Shown in pieces: positions 41,086-50,227 of a stretch of DNA of 64,000 bases. How positions within the stretch are numbered: position 1 is the stretch's first letter; every line of letters starts with the position of its first letter. Under the pieces are notes generated by a model. It made no database searches. It worked only from the letters and a program-made list of their open reading frames with translations, and was not told the DNA's origin. This stretch comes from an uncultured Prevotellaceae bacterium (GTDB lineage: Bacteria; Bacteroidota; Bacteroidia; Bacteroidales; Bacteroidaceae): contig CAMJAO010000001.1 in NCBI GenBank assembly GCA_946403615.1, forward strand, positions 2,307-66,306, in the 5' to 3' direction. The position numbers were made by a program, and so were the translations under genes.

Positions 41086-41541
41086 ATGAGCAAATATCAA
41101 TATACCGTCAAAGGAGTAGACTATGACGTTGAGATTGAAGAAGTGGAAGGCAACGTGGCTAAAGTGAAAGTCAATGGACAGCCTTTCGAAGTCGTTATGA
41201 AGCAGCCCATCAAGGCTGCGCCCAAGGCCCATGCGAAACCGCAAGTGGTGCAGGCTGCAGCCCCTCAACCCGCCGCTCCTGTTGCTGCAGCCCCCAAAAA
41301 AGCTGCAGCTGCAGCAACACCCGGTGCAGGTGCAAAAGTGGTAGCCCCGCTGCCAGGCACCATTACGGATGTCGTTGTCAAGGTAGGAGATACCGTGAAA
41401 GCCGGCGACACTGTCGTTATCCTCGAGGCGATGAAAATGCAAAACAACATAGAAGCCGACCAGGCAGGTACGGTCACTTCAGTATTGGTCAATCGCGGTG
41501 ACACCGTCATGGAAGGTGCTACCCTTGTAACAATAGGATAG
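41086..41541 (+). CDS. Biotin carboxyl carrier subunit
   Basis: EAMKM motif and Ala/Pro linker. Confidence 0.93.
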   Translation: MSKYQYTVKGVDYDVEIEEVEGNVAKVKVNGQPFEVVMKQPIKAAPKAHAKPQVVQAAAPQPAAPVAAAPKKAAAAATPGAGAKVVAPLPGTITDVVVKVGDTVKAGDTVVILEAMKMQNNIEADQAGTVTSVLVNRGDTVMEGATLVTIG

Positions 41542-41545
41542 GATT

Positions 41546-42703
41546 ATGGGATTCAAAGAGTTTATCGTCAGCAATTTTAATGATTTCCTTACCTATACAG
41601 GATTTGCCAATGCCACGGTTGAGAATCTGATCATGATTGTGGTGGGAGCCGTTTTTATCTGGCTTGCCATCAAAAAGGATTTTGAGCCGCTGTTGCTGGT
41701 ACCTATAGGCTTAGGAATCATCTTGGGTAACATCCCCTTCAAATGGGATGCGGGATTGGAAATCGGCCTTTATGAGGACAACTCCGTACTGAATATCTTC
41801 TATCAAGGTGTCAAACAGGGTTGGTATCCGCCACTTGTCTTTTTGGGCATCGGTGCCATGACCGACTTCTCGGCATTGATTAGCAATCCCAAACTGATTC
41901 TGATTGGTGCTTCGGCTCAGTTTGGCATCTTCGGCGCTTATATGGTTGCTCTCGCTTTAGGGTTTGAGCCGAACCAAGCAGCCGGTATCGCTATCATCGG
42001 TGGTGCCGATGGTCCGACGGCTATCTTCTTGTCATCGAAACTCAGCCCCAACTTGATGGGTGCTATTGCGGTATGCGCCTACTCCTACATGGCTTTGGTG
42101 CCGGTCATCCAACCGCCGTTGATGCGCTTGCTCACCACCAAGAAAGAGCGTGTCATCCACATGAAACCTGCCCGTCAGGTGAGTCAGACCGAGCGTATCC
42201 TCTTCCCCATCATCGGACTGCTGCTTACGACCTTTATCGTGCCTTCCGGCCTACCCCTCCTTGGCATGCTGTTCTTAGGCAACCTGCTGAAAGAGAGTGG
42301 CAAGACCACCCGTCTGGCCAAGACCGCAGGTTCTGCTTTGAATGATGTCGTAGTGGTTCTCTTAGGACTTACCGTGGGGTGTTCAACCCAAGCCAGTGAG
42401 TTCCTCACCCTGAATACCATCAAGATTTTTGTCCTCGGTGCAATGGCGTTCATCGTGGCAAGTGCCAGTGGTATCATGTTCGTAAAACTGATGAATCTGT
42501 TCTTGTCGAAAGATAAGAAGATCAACCCCCTCATTGGTAATGCCGGTGTGAGCGCCGTGCCGATGAGTGCCAGAATATCAAACAACCTCGGATTGGAATA
42601 TGACCGTCATAATTTCCTGTTGATGCACGCTATGGGACCGAATGTGGCAGGTGTCATCGGTTCAGCTGTGGCGGCAGGTACCCTGTTAGGTTTCTTCTCC
42701 TAA
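41546..42703 (+). CDS. Na+-translocating decarboxylase beta subunit (OadB/MmdB)
   Basis: IIGGADGPT, GVSAVPM and HAMGPNVAG motifs. Confidence 0.95.
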   Translation: MGFKEFIVSNFNDFLTYTGFANATVENLIMIVVGAVFIWLAIKKDFEPLLLVPIGLGIILGNIPFKWDAGLEIGLYEDNSVLNIFYQGVKQGWYPPLVFLGIGAMTDFSALISNPKLILIGASAQFGIFGAYMVALALGFEPNQAAGIAIIGGADGPTAIFLSSKLSPNLMGAIAVCAYSYMALVPVIQPPLMRLLTTKKERVIHMKPARQVSQTERILFPIIGLLLTTFIVPSGLPLLGMLFLGNLLKESGKTTRLAKTAGSALNDVVVVLLGLTVGCSTQASEFLTLNTIKIFVLGAMAFIVASASGIMFVKLMNLFLSKDKKINPLIGNAGVSAVPMSARISNNLGLEYDRHNFLLMHAMGPNVAGVIGSAVAAGTLLGFFS

Positions 42704-42757
42704 GCTCGAATAGTGATAGGACATCCTAAATCCTTAAATGATATTGAGAATGAGATT

Positions 42758-42800
42758 TGAGGAAAGCAAGGCTTACCGCTTTGCTTTTCTCATTTTTTTT
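42758..42800 (+). terminator. Rho-independent terminator
   Basis: TGAGGAAAGCAAGGC...GCTTTGCTTTTCTCA followed by a T run. Confidence 0.7.
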
Positions 42801-42951
42801 GAGCATCACTTTAATGCTGAAACGGAAATTTCAACGAATCAGACGATTAATAGAATTAGTTCCTTTTCATGTTTCAAGTAATTGTTGAAAAGATGCTTTT
42901 TTTGCCCCGTAAAAATTTGTCCGAATAAGAAAAAAGAAGTAACTTTGCATC

Positions 42952-43899
42952 ATGATGCAATTAGAAAAACATATCGAAGTATTATTGCTGACCAACGACT
43001 GTGTCATTGTGCCAGGATTAGGTGGTTTTGTAGCTCACCATGTCGCTTCACGCTATGATGACCGCGACCATTCCTTTGTACCCCCAACACGTACACTGGG
43101 GTTTAACCCCCAACTCGTCATCAACGATTCGCTGTTGGCGCAGTCATACGTCGATGCCTACGATATCGGCTATCCCGAAGCCATGAAACGGATAGAAGAA
43201 GAAGTGTCAGAACTGAAGAGACTTCTCTCCGAGACCGGTGAATACGAGTTTCACGGACTTGGCAAACTGGCATTTAACGATGAGGGGCACATGGTGTTCG
43301 AGCCCTATTATTCAGGCATTTTATCCCCCAACCTCTATGGCTTGGGACTGTTGGAGTTTGAGCGTATTTCTACTCCTATTTTCCAACTGACCAACGCATC
43401 ACAGCATCTTACCTCTTCATCAGAGCGTGTTGTCACCATCAAAGTGAAGACATTGAGGAAGATTGCGGTGGCAGCAGTTGCTATCTTCGGCTTTTTCTTG
43501 TTTGCCAATCCCTTCTCTCACACCCAAGAGGCAACCCATGCAGAAGCATCCTTCCTGGGTGGATGGCTCAAGCCATCTTCTCAAACGGAGATTTTAAACA
43601 CCAATGACATGGCACCAGCCGTCAGTGAGCAGACCGTACAGTTCACACAGGAAGAAGTGCAGGCCGAGTTCCAAGAGGATTATCAAATTGTTTTGGCATG
43701 TAAGATACCGAAAGCAAACGCCTTGATGATTATCGAGGAACTGAAATCCGACGGACTGACGGCCAATGTCATGGAGGCTCAAGGTGATGTGAAGGTCGTA
43801 TATGGTCATTATGCCTCACGCACTGACGCTTATCAGGAAATGAAGCAATTATCGGGACACAAATATTTTAATTCAGCCTGGATTCTGAAGTCCAAGTAA
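42952..43899 (+). CDS. HU-like/SPOR domain membrane protein
   Basis: DCVIVPGLGGF N-terminus, TM helix, C-terminal SPOR-like domain. Confidence 0.8.
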   Translation: MMQLEKHIEVLLLTNDCVIVPGLGGFVAHHVASRYDDRDHSFVPPTRTLGFNPQLVINDSLLAQSYVDAYDIGYPEAMKRIEEEVSELKRLLSETGEYEFHGLGKLAFNDEGHMVFEPYYSGILSPNLYGLGLLEFERISTPIFQLTNASQHLTSSSERVVTIKVKTLRKIAVAAVAIFGFFLFANPFSHTQEATHAEASFLGGWLKPSSQTEILNTNDMAPAVSEQTVQFTQEEVQAEFQEDYQIVLACKIPKANALMIIEELKSDGLTANVMEAQGDVKVVYGHYASRTDAYQEMKQLSGHKYFNSAWILKSK

Positions 43900-43900
43900 G

Positions 43901-44434
43901 ATGAAAAGAGTCAGGTGTCCTAAATGTGATACGTTTATCACATTTGACGAGTCGAAATATGAAACGGGGAAGTCATTGGTTTTTGTATGCCCCGAGTGTA
44001 ACAAACAGTTTGGCATCAAATTAGGCGTTTCTACGCTTCGTAATACACAGAAGGAGGAATGCCCCGATGATCACCTGGGTCAAGGCGTCTGCGGTGAGAT
44101 TGTTGTCGTGGAGAATGTTTTCCACTACAAACAAGTCATTTCCTTAAAAATGGGAGCGAACACCATCGGCAGGTATATGAAAGGCAGTAAAATCAACACG
44201 CCAATTGAGACCAACGACCCGAGCATGGACTTGCACCATTGCACGCTGACTGTATCAAGACGGAAAGGACATTTAGAGTTTTCTCTCACGGATGGCCCCA
44301 GTAATACGGGTACATTTGTCGATAATGAAATCTTAGGAGTGAAGGAGCGCCGTGTGCTCACCGACGGCTCGTTGTTTACGATAGGTGCTACAAGTATTAT
44401 ATTGAAAGCGCCCGACACGGATTCGTCACTTTAA
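43901..44434 (+). CDS. Zn-ribbon + FHA domain protein
   Basis: CPKC...CPEC; IGR, H and SNTGTFV FHA motifs. Confidence 0.8.
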   Translation: MKRVRCPKCDTFITFDESKYETGKSLVFVCPECNKQFGIKLGVSTLRNTQKEECPDDHLGQGVCGEIVVVENVFHYKQVISLKMGANTIGRYMKGSKINTPIETNDPSMDLHHCTLTVSRRKGHLEFSLTDGPSNTGTFVDNEILGVKERRVLTDGSLFTIGATSIILKAPDTDSSL

Positions 44435-45625
44435 TTCTAAGTGGGGAATCATTAACGTGTCGCCGGCCTCAACCATTTCTTGATCACCATTTAAAGCCCG
44501 AATGTACATTTCCATCTGTTCTCCCCCAAAGTATGTGGCAGACAGATTCCTCACACTTTGAGCCTTTGTGACGACGATGACCGTATCAACACCTGTGATG
44601 CGATAGGCACCATACGTCACACGGGAATTAACATCGTCAAGGTCAATTTTCATTTCCTTTTCTTCGGTTACTTCAGGTGTCTGAACTGAGTCATTTTTTA
44701 TTGTTTCCACCACTTCGGCTTGGTCATCATGGTGTTTTGCTTTTCCAATCAAATACCCGACAGCAAAGACGACAATAGTCAATAGCAGAAGGACAGATGC
44801 TATCTTCCACAATGAAAATTTCTTCGGCTTGCTGGTTGTTATGGTTTCCTCTGTTGACAAGTCAGTTTGTGCTTGCTCACTCAACGGCTGACCGTCGTGC
44901 CTGGGCAACAGTTCCTCTTGTGCGGTCTTTGCATCGGACGAAACTGTTTCTTGTTTCTCTTCAGGAGTTGAAGGCGTCACTTGCTCCTCTGCCAACGGCT
45001 GTGGTGCCTCGGGGGTACCTTCGTCGTTTGCCCGTTCCTTTTCTTCTTTTTCTGCTTTTGGTTGCTCTGGCTTTTCTTGTTCTATGTCAGGGAAGAACAC
45101 TCCGTCATTGAGTATTACTGGAACGAACTGTGAGAACGGTCTGTTAATCAGACTGCTCATGTCTTTAGATGGGGTAAAGACCATGGTGTGGGCATCAGAG
45201 GCCATTTGGAAATGTCCCAAGCCCTCGATATCCAGATTGTCATCGTTCTTCAATGCGATTTGGATATACCCAAAGAATGAATTGACAATGGTCTCTGCCA
45301 CATCATCAGGGAGTTTCGTCAACCTTGCCAGTTCTTTGAAAACATCTTGAATCGTTGCCATGCCATCTTGTGTGCTCCCGCTATCGGCCAGTTTCAGAAG
45401 ATTCTGAGGGGGAACAAGCATTCGTTTTTGTGTGGAAGGGTCGATGACCACTCTTTCCATCCTTTTCTCAATGACAAAAGCCCCAAGCTGCGGGATGCTC
45501 AGTCCTCTCCCGCTCTCAAGGATGTTACCAATACATTTGTTGATATACTTGACAATTCTGTGTGTTATCTCTTCAGAAATGCCAATCCTTTCGGATAATC
45601 CAAGTATAAATTCTTTGCTGCTCAT
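44426..45625 (-). CDS. HU-family DNA-binding domain membrane protein with LysM-like C-terminus
   Basis: Two HU-like repeats (GLGHF, VFTPSK), TM helix, AGDTLMIP end. Confidence 0.7.
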   Translation of the reverse strand: MSSKEFILGLSERIGISEEITHRIVKYINKCIGNILESGRGLSIPQLGAFVIEKRMERVVIDPSTQKRMLVPPQNLLKLADSGSTQDGMATIQDVFKELARLTKLPDDVAETIVNSFFGYIQIALKNDDNLDIEGLGHFQMASDAHTMVFTPSKDMSSLINRPFSQFVPVILNDGVFFPDIEQEKPEQPKAEKEEKERANDEGTPEAPQPLAEEQVTPSTPEEKQETVSSDAKTAQEELLPRHDGQPLSEQAQTDLSTEETITTSKPKKFSLWKIASVLLLLTIVVFAVGYLIGKAKHHDDQAEVVETIKNDSVQTPEVTEEKEMKIDLDDVNSRVTYGAYRITGVDTVIVVTKAQSVRNLSATYFGGEQMEMYIRALNGDQEMVEAGDTLMIPHLELK

Positions 45626-45637
45626 GGCATTGATATG

Positions 45638-46960
45638 TCACTGGTTGGTATGGCCATATAGATCAAACTCGTTGGCATCATCGATGACAACATCGTAAAA
45701 CTGGCCGATATTTAATGATGTATCTTTGGCGGACACCAACACTTCCGGATCCACTTCGGGTGAAGAGAATTCGGTCCTGCCGATGTAATAATCACCTTCT
45801 CTCCTATCGATGATGGTACGCACGCTACGTCCGATGAAGTCTGCCTGCATCTCTGTGCTGATGCGCTGTTGCAAACGCATCAAACGTGACAGCCGGTCGT
45901 TTTTGACCTCAGCCGGGATATCATCTTGATAATGAATGGCGCTGTAGGTTCCGTCTTCCTCAGAATAGGCAAAGGCACCCATTCTTTCAAAACGAGCCCA
46001 CTTAACGAACTCCATCAATTCCTGAAAATCTTCCTCGGTCTCGCCGGGGAAACCCACCATCAGGGTTGTTCGAAGTGCAATACCAGGCACATGCTCACGG
46101 ATATCGCGAATGAGTTGATAGGTGTCTTCTTTTGTGAAATTCCGCCGCATGGCTTGCAACATCTTGTCGCTCACATGTTGGAAGGCAATATCTAAGTATT
46201 TGCAAACATTCTGTTTACGCCTCATCACTTTGAGTAAATCTTTAGGGAAGTGTGTAGGGTAAGCGTAATGCAATCTGACCCATTCCACCCCAGGAACATC
46301 AGCGATGGCTTCCACCAATTCGGCGATGTGCTGTCGCCCGTCGATATCTACTCCATAATAGGTCAGTTCTTGAGCTATCACTTGCAATTCTTTGACACCC
46401 CCGTTGACCAAGTCGCGCACTTCTTCTAAAATTTCTTCCTGAGGCCGGCTCACATGTTGCCCGGTGATAATCGGTATGGCACAATAGGCACAATGCCGGT
46501 TGCATCCTTCACTGATCTTCAAGTAGGCATAGTGGGATGGCGTGGTCAGCGAACGGCTTTGTTGCCGACCGTGTGGAGTCTGTGCTGACGTGGCAGAAAC
46601 AGTACCGAGATCCTCGGCCAACTGTTTAAAGTCAAATTTGCCATAATAGCGGTCCACCTGAGGTATTTCCGCTTCTAATTCCTGTTTGTAGCGTTGTGAC
46701 AGGCATCCCATGACAAAGAGTTGGCGAATCAACCCTTTTTCTTTCGCATCGGCAAAGCGTAATATCATGTCGATACTTTCTTGTTTGGCATCTTCAATGA
46801 AGCTGCAAGTATTGATGACCACGATGTCTCCAGAAGGTGTTTCGCTGTCATGGTCACATGTGTAACCATTTTTCTCAAACAGCCGGATGAGCACCTCGCT
46901 GTCAACAAGGTTTTTGGAACAGCCCATCGTAATGACATCAATATGATTCTTCTTCGACAT
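45638..46960 (-). CDS. rimO: Ribosomal protein S12 methylthiotransferase
   Basis: GCSKNLVDSE, CNRHCAYC radical SAM motif, SPEVD TRAM region. Confidence 0.95.
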   Translation of the reverse strand: MSKKNHIDVITMGCSKNLVDSEVLIRLFEKNGYTCDHDSETPSGDIVVINTCSFIEDAKQESIDMILRFADAKEKGLIRQLFVMGCLSQRYKQELEAEIPQVDRYYGKFDFKQLAEDLGTVSATSAQTPHGRQQSRSLTTPSHYAYLKISEGCNRHCAYCAIPIITGQHVSRPQEEILEEVRDLVNGGVKELQVIAQELTYYGVDIDGRQHIAELVEAIADVPGVEWVRLHYAYPTHFPKDLLKVMRRKQNVCKYLDIAFQHVSDKMLQAMRRNFTKEDTYQLIRDIREHVPGIALRTTLMVGFPGETEEDFQELMEFVKWARFERMGAFAYSEEDGTYSAIHYQDDIPAEVKNDRLSRLMRLQQRISTEMQADFIGRSVRTIIDRREGDYYIGRTEFSSPEVDPEVLVSAKDTSLNIGQFYDVVIDDANEFDLYGHTNQ

Positions 46961-46971
46961 GAACACCCAGA

Positions 46972-47925
46972 CTATTCGTTAAACAGCGAATCAACAAATT
47001 GTGCTCGGTTGAACAACTGGAGGTCTTCCATTCCTTCACCCAGACCGATGTATTTGACGGGTACCTTCATTTGGTCGCTGATACCGATGACGACACCACC
47101 TTTGGCCGTGCCATCCAGTTTGGTGATGGCCAGACTGGTGATTTGTGTGACGGCAGCAAATTGTTTAGCCTGTTCAAAAGCATTCTGTCCGGTACTGCCA
47201 TCAAGAACGAGCATCACCTCATCGGGAGCTTCGGGCAGCACTTTTTTCATGACATCTTTCACTTTCTTCAACTCGTTCATCAATCCCACTTTATTGTGCA
47301 GACGACCAGCCGTGTCAATGATTACCACGTCAGCCTGATTGGCTTTAGCAGAGCTCAACGTGTCGAAAGCGACAGAAGCGGGGTCTGAGCCCATCTGTTG
47401 TTTGATGACGGGCACGCCAACCCGCTCGCCCCAGATGCAGAGTTGTTCGACAGCGGCGGCACGAAACGTGTCTGCAGCACCGAGATACACTTTCTTGCCG
47501 GCATTCTTAAACTGATAAGCCAGCTTTCCAATGGTGGTCGTCTTCCCTACTCCATTCACGCCAACCACCAGAATCACATAGGGCCTGTGGTCGGTTGGCA
47601 AATCCCAATTGTCATTGTCGTCCGTGTTGTTTTCCATGAGTAGCGATGCTATCTCATCCTTCAAGATACCGTTCAGTTCTTTGGTAGAAACATATTTATC
47701 ACGAGCAACACGTTTCTCGATTCTCTCAATGATTTTCACCGTGGTATCAACACCCACATCGGACGTGATGAGAATCTCTTCGAGGTTGTCGAGCACTTCA
47801 TCGTCAACACGCGACTTACCAGCAATGGCACGTGATATCTTATCAAAGACACTTCTCTTGGTTTTTTCCAATCCCTTGTCCAGCGTCTCTTTCTTTTTCT
47901 TACTAAATAAACCGAATAAACCCAT
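46972..47925 (-). CDS. ftsY: SRP receptor FtsY
   Basis: [16 protein letters not shown] and [10 protein letters not shown]. Confidence 0.97.
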   Translation of the reverse strand: MGLFGLFSKKKKETLDKGLEKTKRSVFDKISRAIAGKSRVDDEVLDNLEEILITSDVGVDTTVKIIERIEKRVARDKYVSTKELNGILKDEIASLLMENNTDDNDNWDLPTDHRPYVILVVGVNGVGKTTTIGKLAYQFKNAGKKVYLGAADTFRAAAVEQLCIWGERVGVPVIKQQMGSDPASVAFDTLSSAKANQADVVIIDTAGRLHNKVGLMNELKKVKDVMKKVLPEAPDEVMLVLDGSTGQNAFEQAKQFAAVTQITSLAITKLDGTAKGGVVIGISDQMKVPVKYIGLGEGMEDLQLFNRAQFVDSLFNE

Positions 47926-47969
47926 AGTGCTAAAATTTGCTACAAAGTTATATAAAAAAAACGATATAG

Positions 47970-48009
47970 ACATTAAAAGGCCGCAAAACTTTTTGCGACC
48001 TTTTAATGT
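47970..48009. terminator. Terminator after the rpmB operon
   Basis: ATTAAAAGGCCGCAAAA-ct-TTTTGCGACCTTTTAAT. Confidence 0.8.
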
Positions 48010-48024
48010 AAATCATATTGACAT

Positions 48025-48183
48025 TTATTTCTTAAAGAAATCCTGAACAGCCTCGTTCGGAACCATCTGCTCATCGAAGATATAAGCACCGGTCTTGGGG
48101 CTCTTCACCATCTTAATCACTTTTGAATAAGCGCGACCGTCCTTTGAACCTTCATGGAGGGTAGCAACTACTTTCTTTGCCAT
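48025..48183 (-). CDS. DUF4295 small protein (probably Bacteroidetes ribosomal protein bL38); missing from the ORF track
   Basis: MAKKVVATLHEGSKDGRAYSKVIKMVKSPKTGAYIFDEQMVPNEAVQDFFKK, directly after rpmG. Confidence 0.8.
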   Translation of the reverse strand: MAKKVVATLHEGSKDGRAYSKVIKMVKSPKTGAYIFDEQMVPNEAVQDFFKK

Positions 48184-48197
48184 TGTATATCAGTTTA

Positions 48198-48389
48198 TTA
48201 TTTGATTTCTTTATGGATAGTCATTCTCTTCAGGATGGGGTTGTATTTTTTCAACTCCATTCTCTCAGGTGTGTTCTTACGGTTTTTGGTAGTCACATAG
48301 CGACTTGTACCAGGCAGACCGCTGTTTTTCATTTCTGTACACTCAAGAATCACCTGGACTCTGTTGCCCTTTGCTTTCTTTGATGCCAT
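48198..48389 (-). CDS. rpmG: 50S ribosomal protein L33
   Basis: [10 protein letters not shown]...[17 protein letters not shown]. Confidence 0.97.
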   Translation of the reverse strand: MASKKAKGNRVQVILECTEMKNSGLPGTSRYVTTKNRKNTPERMELKKYNPILKRMTIHKEIK

Positions 48390-48393
48390 TGTT

Positions 48394-48657
48394 TTATTCT
48401 CCTATCACTTTAATGTCTTTCCAGTCGCAATAACCTTTAGCAACGGCTTGCTTCAAAGCTGCGTCAAGACCAACTTTGTTTATCAGGCGCAGACCAGCTG
48501 CACTTATCTTGAGACTAATCCAGCATCCCTGCTCTACATAATAGAATTTCTTGCTGAATAAATTCACATCAAAACTCCGCTTTGTGCGGTGTTTTGAGTG
48601 GGAAACATTACAGCCAATCTGGGCTTTCTTCCCTGTAATCTGACAAATTTTCGACAT
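48394..48657 (-). CDS. rpmB: 50S ribosomal protein L28
   Basis: [10 protein letters not shown]...[11 protein letters not shown]. Confidence 0.97.
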   Translation of the reverse strand: MSKICQITGKKAQIGCNVSHSKHRTKRSFDVNLFSKKFYYVEQGCWISLKISAAGLRLINKVGLDAALKQAVAKGYCDWKDIKVIGE

Positions 48658-48864
48658 TTCTATCTAAATTTTTGTTTTCGTTTTTTGATACCTATTCCAA
48701 ACAGGGTGCAAAATTACGAACTTTTTTCTTATAAACAAAATTTTTCCTTGATTTATCTTTAGATTTAAGGATTTTTTATGATTTCATCCTTCATATTGCG
48801 CCTCAGCCCATTCCTTCTCGCCTTTTGGGGGCGGTTGACATGGTCTCAACGCGTTCAAGCCCAA

Positions 48865-49491
48865 CTACCAGAGAAAGACAAAACAGACAGAATAGAACAA
48901 TTCCGTCGCAAAGGTATAAAGCACAAAAACGGGCGCAAATGACCTCAATCCTGATGCCATCGCTTCGAATGCTTTTGGCAGGCTGTATATCGTTCCGCTA
49001 ACCAGACCGTAAGTCAGAGACATCACAGTGATACTCAACAGAAACAGTGGAATCACCCCATGGACGAAACTGCCGGTCATCAGTGTTCCTGTCACCCCCA
49101 GCAGAATCGCGTGTGGAACCAGTGTCAGCAAGACAAGCGCCCCCACAATGAGCAACCCCTCGACTATCGTCAGACGTAATGCAAATTTCTGTCTGTAAGT
49201 CAACTGTTTATCACGGCAGAAGAGTTCTTTGACCCCAGCCTTTCTCACGGCTCCGAAAGTAAAGGACAGCAGGAGCAACCCCACCCCTACAGGGTTGGCA
49301 AGGTGCGACGAAGCATGGCCAAAGAGCCACCTGATGCCTTCGCTGCTGAGCAATGAGCGCAAAGGCAAGTCAGGGTTGACCGATGTGATAATCCACGATG
49401 CCAGCATCAAGACCAAGAGGCCGATGATGGCGATGATGGACAGCACAGCACAGCTCTTCTTCACGATAACAGCGATGGTGTCAATCTTCAT
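48865..49491 (-). CDS. Short AbgT-like membrane protein
   Basis: RSLLSSEGIRW motif of the AbgT N-terminal half; several TMs. Confidence 0.65.
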   Translation of the reverse strand: MKIDTIAVIVKKSCAVLSIIAIIGLLVLMLASWIITSVNPDLPLRSLLSSEGIRWLFGHASSHLANPVGVGLLLLSFTFGAVRKAGVKELFCRDKQLTYRQKFALRLTIVEGLLIVGALVLLTLVPHAILLGVTGTLMTGSFVHGVIPLFLLSITVMSLTYGLVSGTIYSLPKAFEAMASGLRSFAPVFVLYTFATELFYSVCFVFLW

Positions 49492-50206
49492 CTGGCAACA
49501 GGTTGTCTATGTCTAATATGCGCAACTGCAAGGCTTTGACCACTAAGCGTGTAGCGTTGACCCCCATTCTGCCATTCCCGTCAGGAAACAATTTTTGAAC
49601 CAATTCATTTTGGCGTTTCTCCAGGCTTTTCACGCCGAAAGGCATTCCGCGCAGGTTGGTGATTTGCTCTTTGGTATATCCCAAAGCCAGGTGTCGCAGA
49701 AAACGCTCGTCATACTCGTCAATCTCGTAATTGATGATAGACTCTTGCCGCACCAATTGACTGCCGACACTGTATTTAAACCGTTCTACTATCTTTTCCA
49801 GGATGGGTTGATTAAAAACGAGTTTTTTCCCGCTCATTACGCTAAAGACATCCCCGCGTGTCAGCAACTCTCCACTCTTAAGAATAATGCCGTCGGCTCG
49901 TGCATCCAACACATCCACCCAAAGTTTTTCATTCAGTATCTCGCCTGTGAAAATCAGGATTTTCATGTTAGGATACAGTTCTTTTGACTGCCGGCATATT
50001 TCAACACCAACAGTAGTTGAACCACCCAGACCAAGGTCTAAAAGAACCAATTCCGGCTGTTCCTTCTTGATGAGTTTCCAATAGGCCGCCTCGTTCTCTG
50101 CGGTTCCTATGATTTGCGCCTCAGGAATCTCATTTCGGATGATTCCCTCTGTTCCTTTTAATTCTAAAGGAACATCTTCGACGATGATGATTTTAAATTT
50201 TTCCAT
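49481..50206 (-). CDS. Response regulator (receiver + LuxR-like HTH; DUF5932-like)
   Basis: VED, LLDLGL, FTG and ILKS receiver motifs. Confidence 0.85.
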   Translation of the reverse strand: MEKFKIIIVEDVPLELKGTEGIIRNEIPEAQIIGTAENEAAYWKLIKKEQPELVLLDLGLGGSTTVGVEICRQSKELYPNMKILIFTGEILNEKLWVDVLDARADGIILKSGELLTRGDVFSVMSGKKLVFNQPILEKIVERFKYSVGSQLVRQESIINYEIDEYDERFLRHLALGYTKEQITNLRGMPFGVKSLEKRQNELVQKLFPDGNGRMGVNATRLVVKALQLRILDIDNLLPDED

Positions 50207-50227
50207 ATCATTGTATAATATAATTGA

